Shown: positions 54,540 through 63,753 of the stretch, one piece after another
Position numbering within the stretch: position 1 is the stretch's first letter
Layout: the number at the start of each line of letters is the position of its first letter
Origin: Candidatus Babeliaceae bacterium
Lineage (GTDB): Bacteria; Babelota; Babeliae; Babelales; Babelaceae
Assembly (NCBI GenBank): GCA_041660765.1
Contig: JBAZVR010000003.1
Coordinates: 20,242 to 84,241 of the forward strand
DNA length: 64,000 nucleotides
Direction: 5' to 3'
Notes under the pieces: generated by a model
What the model saw: the letters and a program-made list of their open reading frames with translations, nothing else
Told to the model about the DNA's origin: nothing
Database searches by the model: none
Translations under genes and position numbers: made by a program

Positions 54540-55022
54540 TTAAGAAATTTTAAGTAGTTCAACGTCAAAAATAAGTGTTGCATGCGGCGGTATAACGCGA
54601 CCGGCTCCGCGTGCACCGTAACCAAGATTGGAAGGAATAGTTAAACGGCGTTTTTCGCCTACTTTCATAGAAGCAACTCCTTCATCCCATCCTTGAATTA
54701 CTTGTCCAACGCCTATAATAAAGGTAAATGGTTCTCCGCGATCAACGCTGCTGTCAAATTTAGCACCTGGTTGTCCGTTGTTATCGAGCCAGCCGGTATA
54801 ATGTACGGTAACATGTTGACCTTTTGCAGGAGATTCGCCAGCGCCTTCTTGAATAATTTCATATTCCAAACCAGAATCAGTTTTTTTGCGTAGATGTGTC
54901 ATAGGTGTATCTCTTTCTTGTTGCGCTTGTTGAGTATTGTTTTTTTCTGTTTTATTTAATTTATCACAACTGGTTAAAAAAGTTGTTGTTGCTGCAAAAA
55001 ATATCATTGCCGTGCGCTTCAT
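54540..55022 (-). CDS. FKBP-type peptidyl-prolyl cis-trans isomerase, probable lipoprotein
   Basis: FKBP core (VHYTGWL.NG..FDSS..RG.PF.F..G.G.VI.GWDEG...MKVG..R.L.IP..LGYG..G....IPP.A.L.FDVELL). Lipobox-like LTSC follows the signal sequence. Confidence 0.9.
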   Translation of the reverse strand: MKRTAMIFFAATTTFLTSCDKLNKTEKNNTQQAQQERDTPMTHLRKKTDSGLEYEIIQEGAGESPAKGQHVTVHYTGWLDNNGQPGAKFDSSVDRGEPFTFIIGVGQVIQGWDEGVASMKVGEKRRLTIPSNLGYGARGAGRVIPPHATLIFDVELLKIS

Positions 55023-55158
55023 AATAAGCCTCATATGTTTGTTGAGTATTAAATATCAATTGTATGATAACAATTTAGCTGAAAAACTCTAGATCTTGAT
55101 TTTAATATTTCAACTTGAATATGCTTAATGCTAAGAATAGTAATAAGCAGGAGGCGCT

Positions 55159-56751
55159 GTGTTTAACGTGTTATGTATAATTGTGTTATTGTTTTCATAT
55201 CCGGTGTATGGTTATCGCTGTAATGGTTTTTCGGAGCTATGTAATAAAAAGTTTAATGAAGTAGCCTTTATTCAAACGCATAATAGTTCTTCGAATAAAA
55301 CATCTTTGGTGCAAAATCAGGACAGGTCCATCACGCAACAGTTGGTAGATGGTGTGCGGGCAATGAAAGTGCCTGTGCATAATAATTATGGCAACTTGTT
55401 GGGGTATTACTATCAGTCGTTATTACGGTACAAAAATATTTTAGAGAAAGCACTCGATATAATGCGGCAAGAAGCTCGGTCAGCGACGCGCGCATTAGAA
55501 AAAGAGGCGCAAGTAACATCATTAGATTTAGCAGCTCAAGAACTGGTAATTGATAAGAGTATCGAACAGGAAAAAAAAGACTATTATAACCTCCCTTCTT
55601 TTAGTTTAACTGAAAAGTCACAGTTTTCTGAATCAGGGCCATTTGCATATGAACTTGCAAAATTGCAGGCGGAGAAAGCTGCTCTTGTGCTCAAGGCTGG
55701 CGGATCAGAGGTGAGTAAAGATATAGCAACAACGTTTGTTGTCCCTGTTGAGGCAGTGAGCAAGCATCCAGAGAGTATTTTGCTCACTGCAGAATTAGAA
55801 CTTGTTAATGCGGCATTGTGGTTTATAGAAAAAACTGCGCATGATCAGCAAGATTTGATAGTGCAGCCTTATGCTTGTCATGGAGTTGCAAAAACAGAAT
55901 TTTATCAAAATTATGTTTCTAAAATGATTGATAATGCGCCGAGTCAGCTCAAGCCTATTTTGCAGCGCATGCAAAATCCTCTTTCAAATTTAGAAGATAG
56001 TTTGAAGCAACAATTATTTGGTGAAAAAAACGAATTTGGTGAAAGCGGGATTTTCCCATATCCAACATGTTTGTTAGATGCGGGAAGGAAATCGCTTGTT
56101 GATGTCTTAACAGAAGTTCGTGATTTTTTAGATAAAAACCCATATGAAGTATTGATGATTATGTTGGAAGATCATGATGTTGATAGTGCTCAGATAGCAC
56201 AGGCGGTAGAAAAGAGTGGCATAAAAAAATATGCGCATGTGCAAGATAGTCGCAAGCCGTGGCCGGCATTAGGGACTATGATTAAAACAAATAAGCGCAT
56301 GGTCATTTTTACGGGAACTGACATGCATGCCCGTTATCCATGGCTTAATTTTTATGATGCTTTTAGTGGATGGAATACGCATTGGGGGATGTCAAAAGTC
56401 GAAGATTTTGCGGTACCTTTTGATGCTGCGCTAGAAATAAAAAATTACGGCTTTTATGATGACAAGCCTCCATATAATAAATTTTTGCAATATGGTAATA
56501 GTATTACTCCCGTACTTGCTGGAGATATTGATAGCGCGCGTCAGGTTAATGCGCGTAGTATCGCGCGTCAACGTGCACTGGATCATGCGCAAGCAACCCA
56601 TCATATTCCCAATTTTATCAGCGTTGATTTTTATGAATATCCTACTCACGATGGGGTATCAGATATTTTTGATGTCCGCGATGAAATTAATGGCGTAGGT
56701 AAGTACGCCGGAAAACCCCTGTGGCGCCCACAAAAAACTCAGAAAAAATAA
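55159..56751 (+). CDS. secreted PLC-like phosphodiesterase (PI-PLC X-domain-like) with large insertions
   Basis: GTG start preceded by AGGAGG, and a signal peptide. Conserved blocks FNEVAFIQTHNS, NQDRSITQQLVDGVRAMKVPVH, YACHG, TCLLDAGRKSL..VL.EVRDFLDKNPYEVLMIMLEDH, NFISVDFYE. Confidence 0.65.
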   Translation: MFNVLCIIVLLFSYPVYGYRCNGFSELCNKKFNEVAFIQTHNSSSNKTSLVQNQDRSITQQLVDGVRAMKVPVHNNYGNLLGYYYQSLLRYKNILEKALDIMRQEARSATRALEKEAQVTSLDLAAQELVIDKSIEQEKKDYYNLPSFSLTEKSQFSESGPFAYELAKLQAEKAALVLKAGGSEVSKDIATTFVVPVEAVSKHPESILLTAELELVNAALWFIEKTAHDQQDLIVQPYACHGVAKTEFYQNYVSKMIDNAPSQLKPILQRMQNPLSNLEDSLKQQLFGEKNEFGESGIFPYPTCLLDAGRKSLVDVLTEVRDFLDKNPYEVLMIMLEDHDVDSAQIAQAVEKSGIKKYAHVQDSRKPWPALGTMIKTNKRMVIFTGTDMHARYPWLNFYDAFSGWNTHWGMSKVEDFAVPFDAALEIKNYGFYDDKPPYNKFLQYGNSITPVLAGDIDSARQVNARSIARQRALDHAQATHHIPNFISVDFYEYPTHDGVSDIFDVRDEINGVGKYAGKPLWRPQKTQKK

Positions 56752-56796
56752 ACCAAGTTTTTTAGCGACCCACGCTTTGCTGTTTTTACGCATTTT

Positions 56797-56837
56797 GAGT
56801 AGTCGGTGAAAGCCGAGAGTAAGAAATTAGTATCGAA
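56797..56837. repeat. intergenic copy (3' part) of the dispersed repeat element
   Basis: GAGTAGTCGGTGAAAGCCGAGAGTAAGAAATTAGTATCGAA resembles mutL-internal GAGTAGACTGAAAGGC... and ...CGAGTGAATTTCGAAGAAATTAGTATCGA, including a 16-nt exact match. Confidence 0.6.
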
Positions 56838-56842
56838 TTATC

Positions 56843-56872
56843 TTGTAAAGTTTATATTATTTATTATATAAT
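56843..56872 (+). promoter_or_regulatory. putative promoter of the first family-B gene
   Basis: TTGTAA (56843-48), 18-nt spacer, TATAAT (56867-72). The downstream leader TATAATAGAAATATA...ATAATAATTA recurs upstream of 57686. Confidence 0.4.
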
Positions 56873-56912
56873 AGAAATATATGTAAATAATAATATAATA
56901 ATTAGGTGTCTT

Positions 56913-57581
56913 GTGAAAAAGTATCTATTGCTCATTATGACAATATCGACCATCGCGATGCATTTCGCGCATCAGGTGGTTGCTCAGGATTATCAAAAAG
57001 TAGATTATGCGCGATTGGGGCAAGTGTATGCACCGAGTTATGAAGTTCTGCAGCGATGGCGTAAGGCGCCGGTGCAAGACATGCAAGGGCAAAAAGGGCA
57101 AAAAGGCTTGTCTGGTCAGGGTATTCGTCAGGCATTTTTTCCTGATTATGTAAAAAAAACTTTTGCTTATCCAGTTGTTGCTCGGGGTCTCATGACAGTC
57201 AAAAAGCCTTCCCCCGCAGCGTTGCTGAATGATGCTGTAAGGCGTGGCGACATGCAAGCGGTCAAAGATATGGTAGCGGCCGGCATGGTTAGTGGTAAAG
57301 ATATTAAAGATAGTGAGCTTTTAGCAGATGTGAAACACACGTTATTGCTTAAAAAATTAATTAAAAAAGTAACGGAACGCGAAGTTCTTTCTTATGCAGA
57401 TAAGTCTAAAGAAGATACTCGACAAGAACATAGACGATTTGACAAAGAAATAAAACAAATAGAAAGTGAACGTCTAAAAGCCGTATATATGCGGGATGAG
57501 CTTGGTAAGCAGTTACGCCATGTGATTGAGAGTGACCGCAAGGCAAGAAAGAATTTTGAACCATTAACCTGTCCCAACTAG
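56913..57581 (+). CDS. secreted paralog family B member
   Basis: GTG start. Leader MKKYLLLIMTISTIAMHFAHQVVAQ. One ANK-like unit (LNDAVRRGDMQAVKDMVAAG). Confidence 0.6.
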   Translation: MKKYLLLIMTISTIAMHFAHQVVAQDYQKVDYARLGQVYAPSYEVLQRWRKAPVQDMQGQKGQKGLSGQGIRQAFFPDYVKKTFAYPVVARGLMTVKKPSPAALLNDAVRRGDMQAVKDMVAAGMVSGKDIKDSELLADVKHTLLLKKLIKKVTEREVLSYADKSKEDTRQEHRRFDKEIKQIESERLKAVYMRDELGKQLRHVIESDRKARKNFEPLTCPN

Positions 57582-57602
57582 CGCGCAAGTGCACTTTAAT
57601 CA

Positions 57603-57632
57603 TTGACAAATACGTCTCAGAATTGATAAAAT
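57603..57632 (+). promoter_or_regulatory. putative promoter of the second family-B gene
   Basis: TTGACA (57603-08), 18-nt spacer, TAAAAT (57627-32). Confidence 0.4.
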
Positions 57633-57685
57633 TAGTTTATAATAGAAATATAATTTAAATATAATAATTATAAAAGGGTATAATT

Positions 57686-58957
57686 ATGAAAAATATATTA
57701 TTACGCATGGCGTTGTTAGCCATGGCCATAGCGCAATTTCACAATACAATAGTGGCTCAAGAAGCAACGCAAGCTCCTCAAGCAAGTTGGTGGAAGCGAA
57801 ATATCTCTGAGCCAATAGCAGAAAGGTGGGCGAGTTATCCTGCTCGTGATTCTCAAAAAATGGATGCATGGCGTACGTTTAAGGAAAATTGGGCTGGCGC
57901 AAAGGATCACTTTCGTGGCGCAGCGCTCACCAATTTGCCATTATTACAAGAAAGCAATTATGAGGGTGGTCCTCGTGTAGGGTATGGTCGGGCTATTGGA
58001 AGTGCTTTGGCAGAAAAATGGAGAGATCCAGGAGCTTTGTATGATCGAGCATATGGGGAATTATTAACAAGATCTCCATGGTTGCAAGAGCGTAATGTTG
58101 AAGCAGGTTATGACGAAAATGAACCAACATGGCGTGAAAAGATAAAAGAAGATGTTAAACGTAGAGCGTTTCATAATGACCCAATTGCTGAGAATTACTT
58201 AGAAAATGCTCTTCAGGATCCAGACGCTAGAAGTCGTATATTTCAAGAAGCTGCAAATCACAAAAACGTTAATCTGATGAGAAGAATACTGAGAGATGAT
58301 CCGAGTCTTGTAGATGCGGGTCTGGGGCTAACTAATATAACGCCTCTTTATGTTGCGATACGCGACCATAAGCCGGAAGCTGTTGCGTTTTTACTTGAAA
58401 AGGGTGCGGATGTAAATGCTCGCGTTGCTGATATTCCTGGTTATGGTACCCCGTTGGCATCGGCAGAATCAAATGTCGATACGTCGCAAAAAGAGTTAAA
58501 TCAATTAAGAACTAAAATGCTCACAGCTCGTGATCAAGAAAAAGCAGATCTTGCGTATCAAATAGGTGCAAAAAAAGTAGAATTGGGTGAAAATCAGAAT
58601 ATTTTAAATATGCTTCGCGAAAAAAGCCCAGCTGTGTCAGCATCTGCGCGGGTGCTTGTAGATGCTGTAGTCCGTAATGATGTTAAAAAGGTTAAAGATG
58701 TGCTTGCGCAGGGCGACCTGAGTTACTCTGATATTTCCCGTGCCTATAAAATTGCACGTGATCAGGGTAGTCTTTCGAAGAAAAGATATTTTAGCGATGA
58801 AGAAAAAGCGAAAAGTCTGCATAGGCAAGGGCTCCGTGGATTAAGCTCGGCAATGTATGATCGATTGTACACGAGTGGAAAACAACTGGAAGCTACGGAT
58901 GCGATTGCAAAGGCGCTGTGGAATGAAATACAAGGTCCTCGTTATATGAATGGATAA
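57686..58957 (+). CDS. secreted paralog family B member with ankyrin-like repeats
   Basis: Leader MKNILLRMALLAMAIAQFHNTIVAQ. ANK unit NITPLYVAIRDHKPEAVAFLLEKGADVNAR. Shares the block W.DPG.LYD..YGELLTRS.WLQ.RN.EAGY with the next gene. Confidence 0.75.
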   Translation: MKNILLRMALLAMAIAQFHNTIVAQEATQAPQASWWKRNISEPIAERWASYPARDSQKMDAWRTFKENWAGAKDHFRGAALTNLPLLQESNYEGGPRVGYGRAIGSALAEKWRDPGALYDRAYGELLTRSPWLQERNVEAGYDENEPTWREKIKEDVKRRAFHNDPIAENYLENALQDPDARSRIFQEAANHKNVNLMRRILRDDPSLVDAGLGLTNITPLYVAIRDHKPEAVAFLLEKGADVNARVADIPGYGTPLASAESNVDTSQKELNQLRTKMLTARDQEKADLAYQIGAKKVELGENQNILNMLREKSPAVSASARVLVDAVVRNDVKKVKDVLAQGDLSYSDISRAYKIARDQGSLSKKRYFSDEEKAKSLHRQGLRGLSSAMYDRLYTSGKQLEATDAIAKALWNEIQGPRYMNG

Positions 58958-58967
58958 AAAGATAGTT

Positions 58968-58994
58968 GTGGGCCCTGTTAATCACGGGGCCCAC
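58968..58994 (+). terminator. hairpin between family-B genes
   Basis: GTGGGCCC (58968-75) ... GGGCCCAC (58987-94), perfect 8-bp stem, followed by TTAAATT. Confidence 0.4.
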
Positions 58995-59015
58995 TTAAAT
59001 TGTAAGGGGATAGTA

Positions 59016-59891
59016 ATGAAAAATATATTATTACGAATAGCGCTGGTGGCTATTTCTATCACACAATTCCAAAATCAAATAGTGGCTCAAGAAGCAGCGC
59101 AGCAAAAGTCGGGTTGGTTTGACTGGGCGCGGGGATATAGGCAAGGACCTCAAGTTGCTGAACAGGGTCCTCAGCAAAATTGGTGGCAACAAAAAATTAG
59201 CGGTCCATTGAGTTATGGGTGGCGTAAGTATGTTGCTGAGCCGGTAGCAAAAAAATGGGAGGATCCAGGTCCTTTGTATGACGAATATTATGGTGAGTTG
59301 TTAACAAGGTCTAAATGGTTGCAAAACCGTAACACTGAAGCAGGTTATGAAAATGATCCACAATGGTATGCCAAAAAAATTACAGGTGACGTAAAAAGCA
59401 AGATAGGCGGTGAAAATTTATCTCTTCGGGATATTTATCAACGGTCAATTCCTTCGGATTATTTGGAAACGGCCATAGCCTATTCCCCGGAAATTAGAGG
59501 AGTTTTAGCTCGTGCTGTAGGGAAAAGTTACAATCCTGATCCGTCGATGAGAGTGCCTGAGGCTGATAGGAATTTGATAAAAAACGTTCTTGAAGCCGCC
59601 GTAAAAAATAGTGATGCCGATGCAGTTAAAGAAGTGGTTAAACAAGAAGCAGCCGCTCCGTATATGCACTCAAATTATTATAGAAAGTTAATTGATACTA
59701 CAAGATCTCAGATAATTGATTTAGGTAATAAATTAGCTAAATTGCGTTATTACGCTGTTCGTGAACAAGATCCTTTAAAGCAAGAACAAATGTTTTTAGA
59801 TGTAGATGCAACTGCTGCCGATCTTAAAAATAGTAAAGAGATCAGGCAGATACTTGAAGTTGCGACTCGTAGAGTTAGAAGTTCTCGATGA
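59016..59891 (+). CDS. secreted paralog family B member
   Basis: ORF 58950..59891. Start moved to ATG 59016 because the leader MKNILLRIALVAISITQFQNQIVAQ aligns with paralogs, AAGGGG lies upstream, and the hairpin at 58968-94 lies in the rejected extension. Confidence 0.7.
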   Translation: MKNILLRIALVAISITQFQNQIVAQEAAQQKSGWFDWARGYRQGPQVAEQGPQQNWWQQKISGPLSYGWRKYVAEPVAKKWEDPGPLYDEYYGELLTRSKWLQNRNTEAGYENDPQWYAKKITGDVKSKIGGENLSLRDIYQRSIPSDYLETAIAYSPEIRGVLARAVGKSYNPDPSMRVPEADRNLIKNVLEAAVKNSDADAVKEVVKQEAAAPYMHSNYYRKLIDTTRSQIIDLGNKLAKLRYYAVREQDPLKQEQMFLDVDATAADLKNSKEIRQILEVATRRVRSSR

Positions 59892-59924
59892 TGATTAATT
59901 GAGATGATTATAAAGGGTATAGTA

Positions 59925-60419
59925 ATGAAAAATATATTATTACGAATAGCGCTGGTGGCTATTTCTATCACACAATTTCACGATAAGCTTTTTGCTCAGG
60001 CTGCTGAACAGCAGATGAAGGTTTGTAAAAATGCGCCCATGTCCCAGTGGCGATTTAGATTGGAGCAGCTTAAGGGCAATTGGGATGTTTTTAGAAGCGA
60101 AAGGCCATTGCTCTTTGACCCTAAGCGCAACTATGAAGTTAATTATACATATCCATTGTGGTGGCGCGATAAGATTGCTGCTAACGAACACAAGAGAAAA
60201 ATAGCTGAAGAACAGAGAATATTTTTGGAAGAACAAAAGCGGCGTGAAGATGAGAAAAGAATTACCGCTGATGTCGTGGCTAAGTTGTCTCACGGCGAGC
60301 CGACTTCACGCGAAGAACGTAGAATTGCATTCGGGAATCCAGAATTATATATGAGTGGGAAATTTTTTGATGTGGGCAGTCGGCAAGGTAGACCGAGAAG
60401 ATACTCTTTTACAGATTAG
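59925..60419 (+). CDS. secreted paralog family B member (short)
   Basis: ORF 59904..60419, start moved to ATG 59925. The first 53 nt are identical to those of the gene at 59016. Confidence 0.65.
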   Translation: MKNILLRIALVAISITQFHDKLFAQAAEQQMKVCKNAPMSQWRFRLEQLKGNWDVFRSERPLLFDPKRNYEVNYTYPLWWRDKIAANEHKRKIAEEQRIFLEEQKRREDEKRITADVVAKLSHGEPTSREERRIAFGNPELYMSGKFFDVGSRQGRPRRYSFTD

Positions 60420-60452
60420 CAAACTAAAAAAATATTATTATATTTTATAATC

Positions 60453-60482
60453 AATAAGGCGCTCTCAAAAGGGCGTCTTATT
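60453..60482 (+). terminator. terminator-like hairpin
   Basis: AATAAGGCGC (60453-62) ... GCGTCTTATT (60473-82), 10-bp stem with one G-U pair. No clear downstream T-run. Confidence 0.3.
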
Positions 60483-60588
60483 GCGTGTATTCGCATAAAA
60501 AACGTTGAAAAATAAGTGGCAGCTGTTATTATTAACAAGCACAATAATAACAATATACTAATAACAATTTATACAACGAGGAATACAC

Positions 60589-61290
60589 GTGAAACGTTTA
60601 TTATTGCATATGGTTTTTATCACTATCTGTATGACACAATTTCAAGAGCAGTTGTTTGCTCAGCCGGCAAGACAATTAAGTAGATTTACCATGTTAAAGC
60701 ATTGGTTGTGTCGCTATCGTGATCAATTTAATGGCTGGCGCATGATACGTAATAAAACATATGAACTTAATGTCGAGCCGGGTTGTTTAGATGCTGCTGG
60801 GTGGTGGAGCAGAGCAATCGCGACAGAGGTGATAAATAAAGTGCGTAACCGTAATAGCCAAGCAATTTCTGAGAGTTATTTGGCGACCGCATTGTTACAT
60901 CATGAATATAGACAAGAAATTTTTGACGCTGCAGCTGACAGATCAAATGAAAAAGCGGCTGTTGATCGCGCCATGATGGAAATGGTATTGCAAGCAGATA
61001 AAGATATCATAGCTACATCAGTATTGCATGATGCTATTGAGCGTGAAGATGTTGAGACTATGCAATTGTTATTTAATTATGGTATAAAGCCTGAAAATAC
61101 GCATATTACGTCTGTAAAAACAACTGTAGAAGATATAGATAAAGACTTACAGGCGCTCAAGCCGATGAAGGAGCGTTTTGTAAATACGCCAGGGTATAAA
61201 ACTCTGATGGATAAAATAAATCGCAAAAAAGATGACTTGCTCAGAAAGCAAAGAATTCTAAGAATGCTTAATGCTTTATTGGCGGCATAA
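60589..61290 (+). CDS. secreted paralog family B member with an ANK-like unit
   Basis: GTG start preceded by GAGGAA. Leader MKRLLLHMVFITICMTQFQEQLFAQ. ANK-like LHDAIEREDVETMQLLFNYGIKPEN. Confidence 0.65.
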   Translation: MKRLLLHMVFITICMTQFQEQLFAQPARQLSRFTMLKHWLCRYRDQFNGWRMIRNKTYELNVEPGCLDAAGWWSRAIATEVINKVRNRNSQAISESYLATALLHHEYRQEIFDAAADRSNEKAAVDRAMMEMVLQADKDIIATSVLHDAIEREDVETMQLLFNYGIKPENTHITSVKTTVEDIDKDLQALKPMKERFVNTPGYKTLMDKINRKKDDLLRKQRILRMLNALLAA

Positions 61291-61301
61291 AAATGCACAG
61301 G

Positions 61302-61335
61302 AAAAAAGGGGAAGTCGTTCGACTTCCCCTTTTTT
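61302..61335. terminator. bidirectional terminator hairpin between convergent genes
   Basis: AAAAAA-GGGGAAGTCG-TT-CGACTTCCCC-TTTTTT, a perfect inverted repeat flanked by A and T runs. Confidence 0.7.
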
Positions 61336-61342
61336 GTAATTG

Positions 61343-62095
61343 TTATACGGCTTGTGCCTGAATAATGCGAGATGGTCCAGAAGCGCGGAAAGTTTCATCA
61401 TAAAAAGCGACCGTAGTAAAGCCGGCTTCTTGTAGCAATTGCTGCAACTCTTCATCGGTATACCATGTCACTTGTATTAATTCTTGTTCTTTTTCTTGCA
61501 CGACATCATCAATAACGAGTTCATACGTGCACAACGCATCGGCTCGCCGTGCTTGTGTATCAAAAGTATAGCGCGTTGTTAAAATAATTTTTGTGTGCAG
61601 GTCTATATCAGCTATTCGTGTTGATAGAGCTTCTGATCCATCATCATCAGTATCCGGAACAAAAATATCAATAAGCAGATTGCCATTATCTTGCATGTGC
61701 GCTCGAATATTTTTGAGCGCTTGTAATGCCTGTGCGCGATCAACAAGTAACTGAAATGATCCGACGGCAATAGTAACGGTTGCGTAGGTGTGTGGTATAG
61801 AAAGGTGTTCAAGTGATTGTTGATACAATTCTGGGGTTATGTTTAATTCTGCGCAACGTTGGCGGCAGCGATCAAGCATAATTGCTGAATTGTCAACGCC
61901 GTCAACAATATATCCGCGTTGTATGAGGGGAATTTGTAGTCGCCCAGAGCCAGACATGGCCTCAAGCACTCTGCCAGGATTTTTTTCTATAAAAGACGCA
62001 TAAAAGGCGACTTCAGGTGCTGGTGCATATGCTTTTGTTGCATCATAAAACATACTACACAGTTTGCCATAGGCTGTTGGTTTGTTGGATGTCAT
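61343..62095 (-). CDS. class I SAM-dependent methyltransferase
   Basis: Motif I VLEAMSGSGRL followed by an acidic residue at the end of beta-2 (VDGVDNS). 250 aa. Confidence 0.75.
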   Translation of the reverse strand: MTSNKPTAYGKLCSMFYDATKAYAPAPEVAFYASFIEKNPGRVLEAMSGSGRLQIPLIQRGYIVDGVDNSAIMLDRCRQRCAELNITPELYQQSLEHLSIPHTYATVTIAVGSFQLLVDRAQALQALKNIRAHMQDNGNLLIDIFVPDTDDDGSEALSTRIADIDLHTKIILTTRYTFDTQARRADALCTYELVIDDVVQEKEQELIQVTWYTDEELQQLLQEAGFTTVAFYDETFRASGPSRIIQAQAV

Positions 62096-62112
62096 ATTAA
62101 TACCACTTTAGT

Positions 62113-62460
62113 TTATGAGCAATTGTCTGGCATGATGTAGTTTGTGCGTGATAAAAATAAATAAAATTTTTTAGTATTATATGCTTTCATAGCTGTCCTA
62201 ACCAGTGTTCCATCGCTCAATTCATCAGAGTGAACTCGGTCCTGCCATAACCAATTTTTTACGACCGGACTAATGTGTTGCATATCAGTTTCTATTCCCT
62301 CATCCTCAAACATGTATTCTTTTATCCGACCTATTGTCGATGTGTTATCGATGGGAATAGTGTATGAGCTGGTGAGTGTTGATAGTTGTATAGATGTTTC
62401 CATGGCGAGCATGTGCAAAGATGTAAAACTCGCTATAAGAATTAGTGAACGCTTTATCAT
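62113..62460 (-). CDS. hypothetical secreted protein
   Basis: ORF 62113..62499, start moved to ATG 62460 (MIKRSLILIASFTSLHMLA). No family recognised. Confidence 0.4.
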   Translation of the reverse strand: MIKRSLILIASFTSLHMLAMETSIQLSTLTSSYTIPIDNTSTIGRIKEYMFEDEGIETDMQHISPVVKNWLWQDRVHSDELSDGTLVRTAMKAYNTKKFYLFLSRTNYIMPDNCS

Positions 62461-62544
62461 AATAGTTTCCCTGTGTTGATAATATTTTTGAATATGCAAT
62501 AATTAATTATACTTTGTTTATATTGTTTATAAAGGGATTTTTCC

Positions 62545-63120
62545 ATGAAAATGTCGTTAAAAATAGTTTCTTTATGTTTGCTTTCACATCTTACTCTACA
62601 CCATGCGCATGCAGTGATGCTTAAAAATGGCGTAAATGTGCCGCAAGAAGCAGTAGATAAAGTAACTAAGGCAATTGATACATTAAGAAAAGACGCTAGT
62701 TTTGAACATACCATGGGCACGTATGAAGTGCCGCCAAAAGTTCTCACCGAAGGTTTGTATGCGCTTGGCAAAAAGTGTAAAGATGGTTGCGAAATAAATC
62801 TCGAACAGTTTAGAGAGTTAGTGCATGCAGAGTCTCGTGTTCAGCGCTATCCTACTATAAAGCCGCATTATGAAGCGGAACTTACTGAAGAACAAAAAAA
62901 TCTCATCAACTTAAGAATCGTTTATGTGTACGCGTATTTGGCAGAATTTAACATTATTCACAATAACAGTGTTAGCAAAGATGATGGCGCTGTGCTGAAT
63001 GCATCAATTTTAGGTGGGTTAGATCCTAAGCGGTATGGAGTTGGTTCTAGGGGTTTTGATTATACAGATCCTGTCTATACAAGCTTATTTCAAAAAATAA
63101 TAAGATTTTTTAGTTTTTAA
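62545..63120 (+). CDS. hypothetical secreted protein
   Basis: 191-aa ORF with signal peptide MKMSLKIVSLCLLSHLTLHHAHA. No family recognised. Confidence 0.5.
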   Translation: MKMSLKIVSLCLLSHLTLHHAHAVMLKNGVNVPQEAVDKVTKAIDTLRKDASFEHTMGTYEVPPKVLTEGLYALGKKCKDGCEINLEQFRELVHAESRVQRYPTIKPHYEAELTEEQKNLINLRIVYVYAYLAEFNIIHNNSVSKDDGAVLNASILGGLDPKRYGVGSRGFDYTDPVYTSLFQKIIRFFSF

Positions 63121-63145
63121 AAATATTTGAGTACGCGTGTCGATT

Positions 63146-63715
63146 ATGAAAAAACGTTGCTTTGGCGATGGCATAGGTAAAGAATTGTATGCAAAGTATC
63201 ATGATACTCAATGGGGTGTGCCTCTGCATGATGATCAACAACTCTTTGAAATGCTGATTCTTGAAGGAGCGCAAGCAGGATTAAGTTGGGAAACCATACT
63301 TAAGAGACGCGCCGGCTATCAAAAAGCTTTTCATGACTTTGATGTTAATAAAGTTGCAACTATGAGTGATAGTGATCTTGAAGATTTGCGCAAGAATCCT
63401 GATATTATTCGTAACCGATTAAAGATCTATAGCGTTAGAAAAAATGCGCAGGTTTTTTTGGTTATTCAGCAAGAATTCGGCTCTTTTGATGCGTATATAT
63501 GGAATTTTGTTAATGGTGTGCCTATTATTAATCGCAGACAGCAAGCTCAAGACGTCCCAACTTGTACACATATAAGCGACAAGATATCTCGTGATTTAAA
63601 AAAACGAGGCATGAGCTTTGTTGGATCTACGATTATATATGCCTATATGCAAGCAATAGGCATGATTAATGATCATCTTGCAACGTGTTGGCGGTATAAA
63701 AGTATTGATAATTAG
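63146..63715 (+). CDS. tag: DNA-3-methyladenine glycosylase I
   Basis: Typical Tag N-terminus (RC.W......LY..YHD.EWG.P..DD..LFE.L.LEG.QAGLSW.TIL.KR..Y..AF..FD). Confidence 0.9.
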   Translation: MKKRCFGDGIGKELYAKYHDTQWGVPLHDDQQLFEMLILEGAQAGLSWETILKRRAGYQKAFHDFDVNKVATMSDSDLEDLRKNPDIIRNRLKIYSVRKNAQVFLVIQQEFGSFDAYIWNFVNGVPIINRRQQAQDVPTCTHISDKISRDLKKRGMSFVGSTIIYAYMQAIGMINDHLATCWRYKSIDN

Positions 63716-63753
63716 TGCTTAATGATGCTACTGTAAAATATAAAAAGGTTAAT

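Noticed and set aside
58950-59015. Upstream extension of the family-B gene (ORF track start 58950 overlapping the previous gene), and likewise 59904 for the next gene
   Set aside because: The extension contains a perfect hairpin (58968-58994) and lacks similarity to the paralogs. ATG 59016 and ATG 59925 have Shine-Dalgarno sequences and begin the conserved leader.
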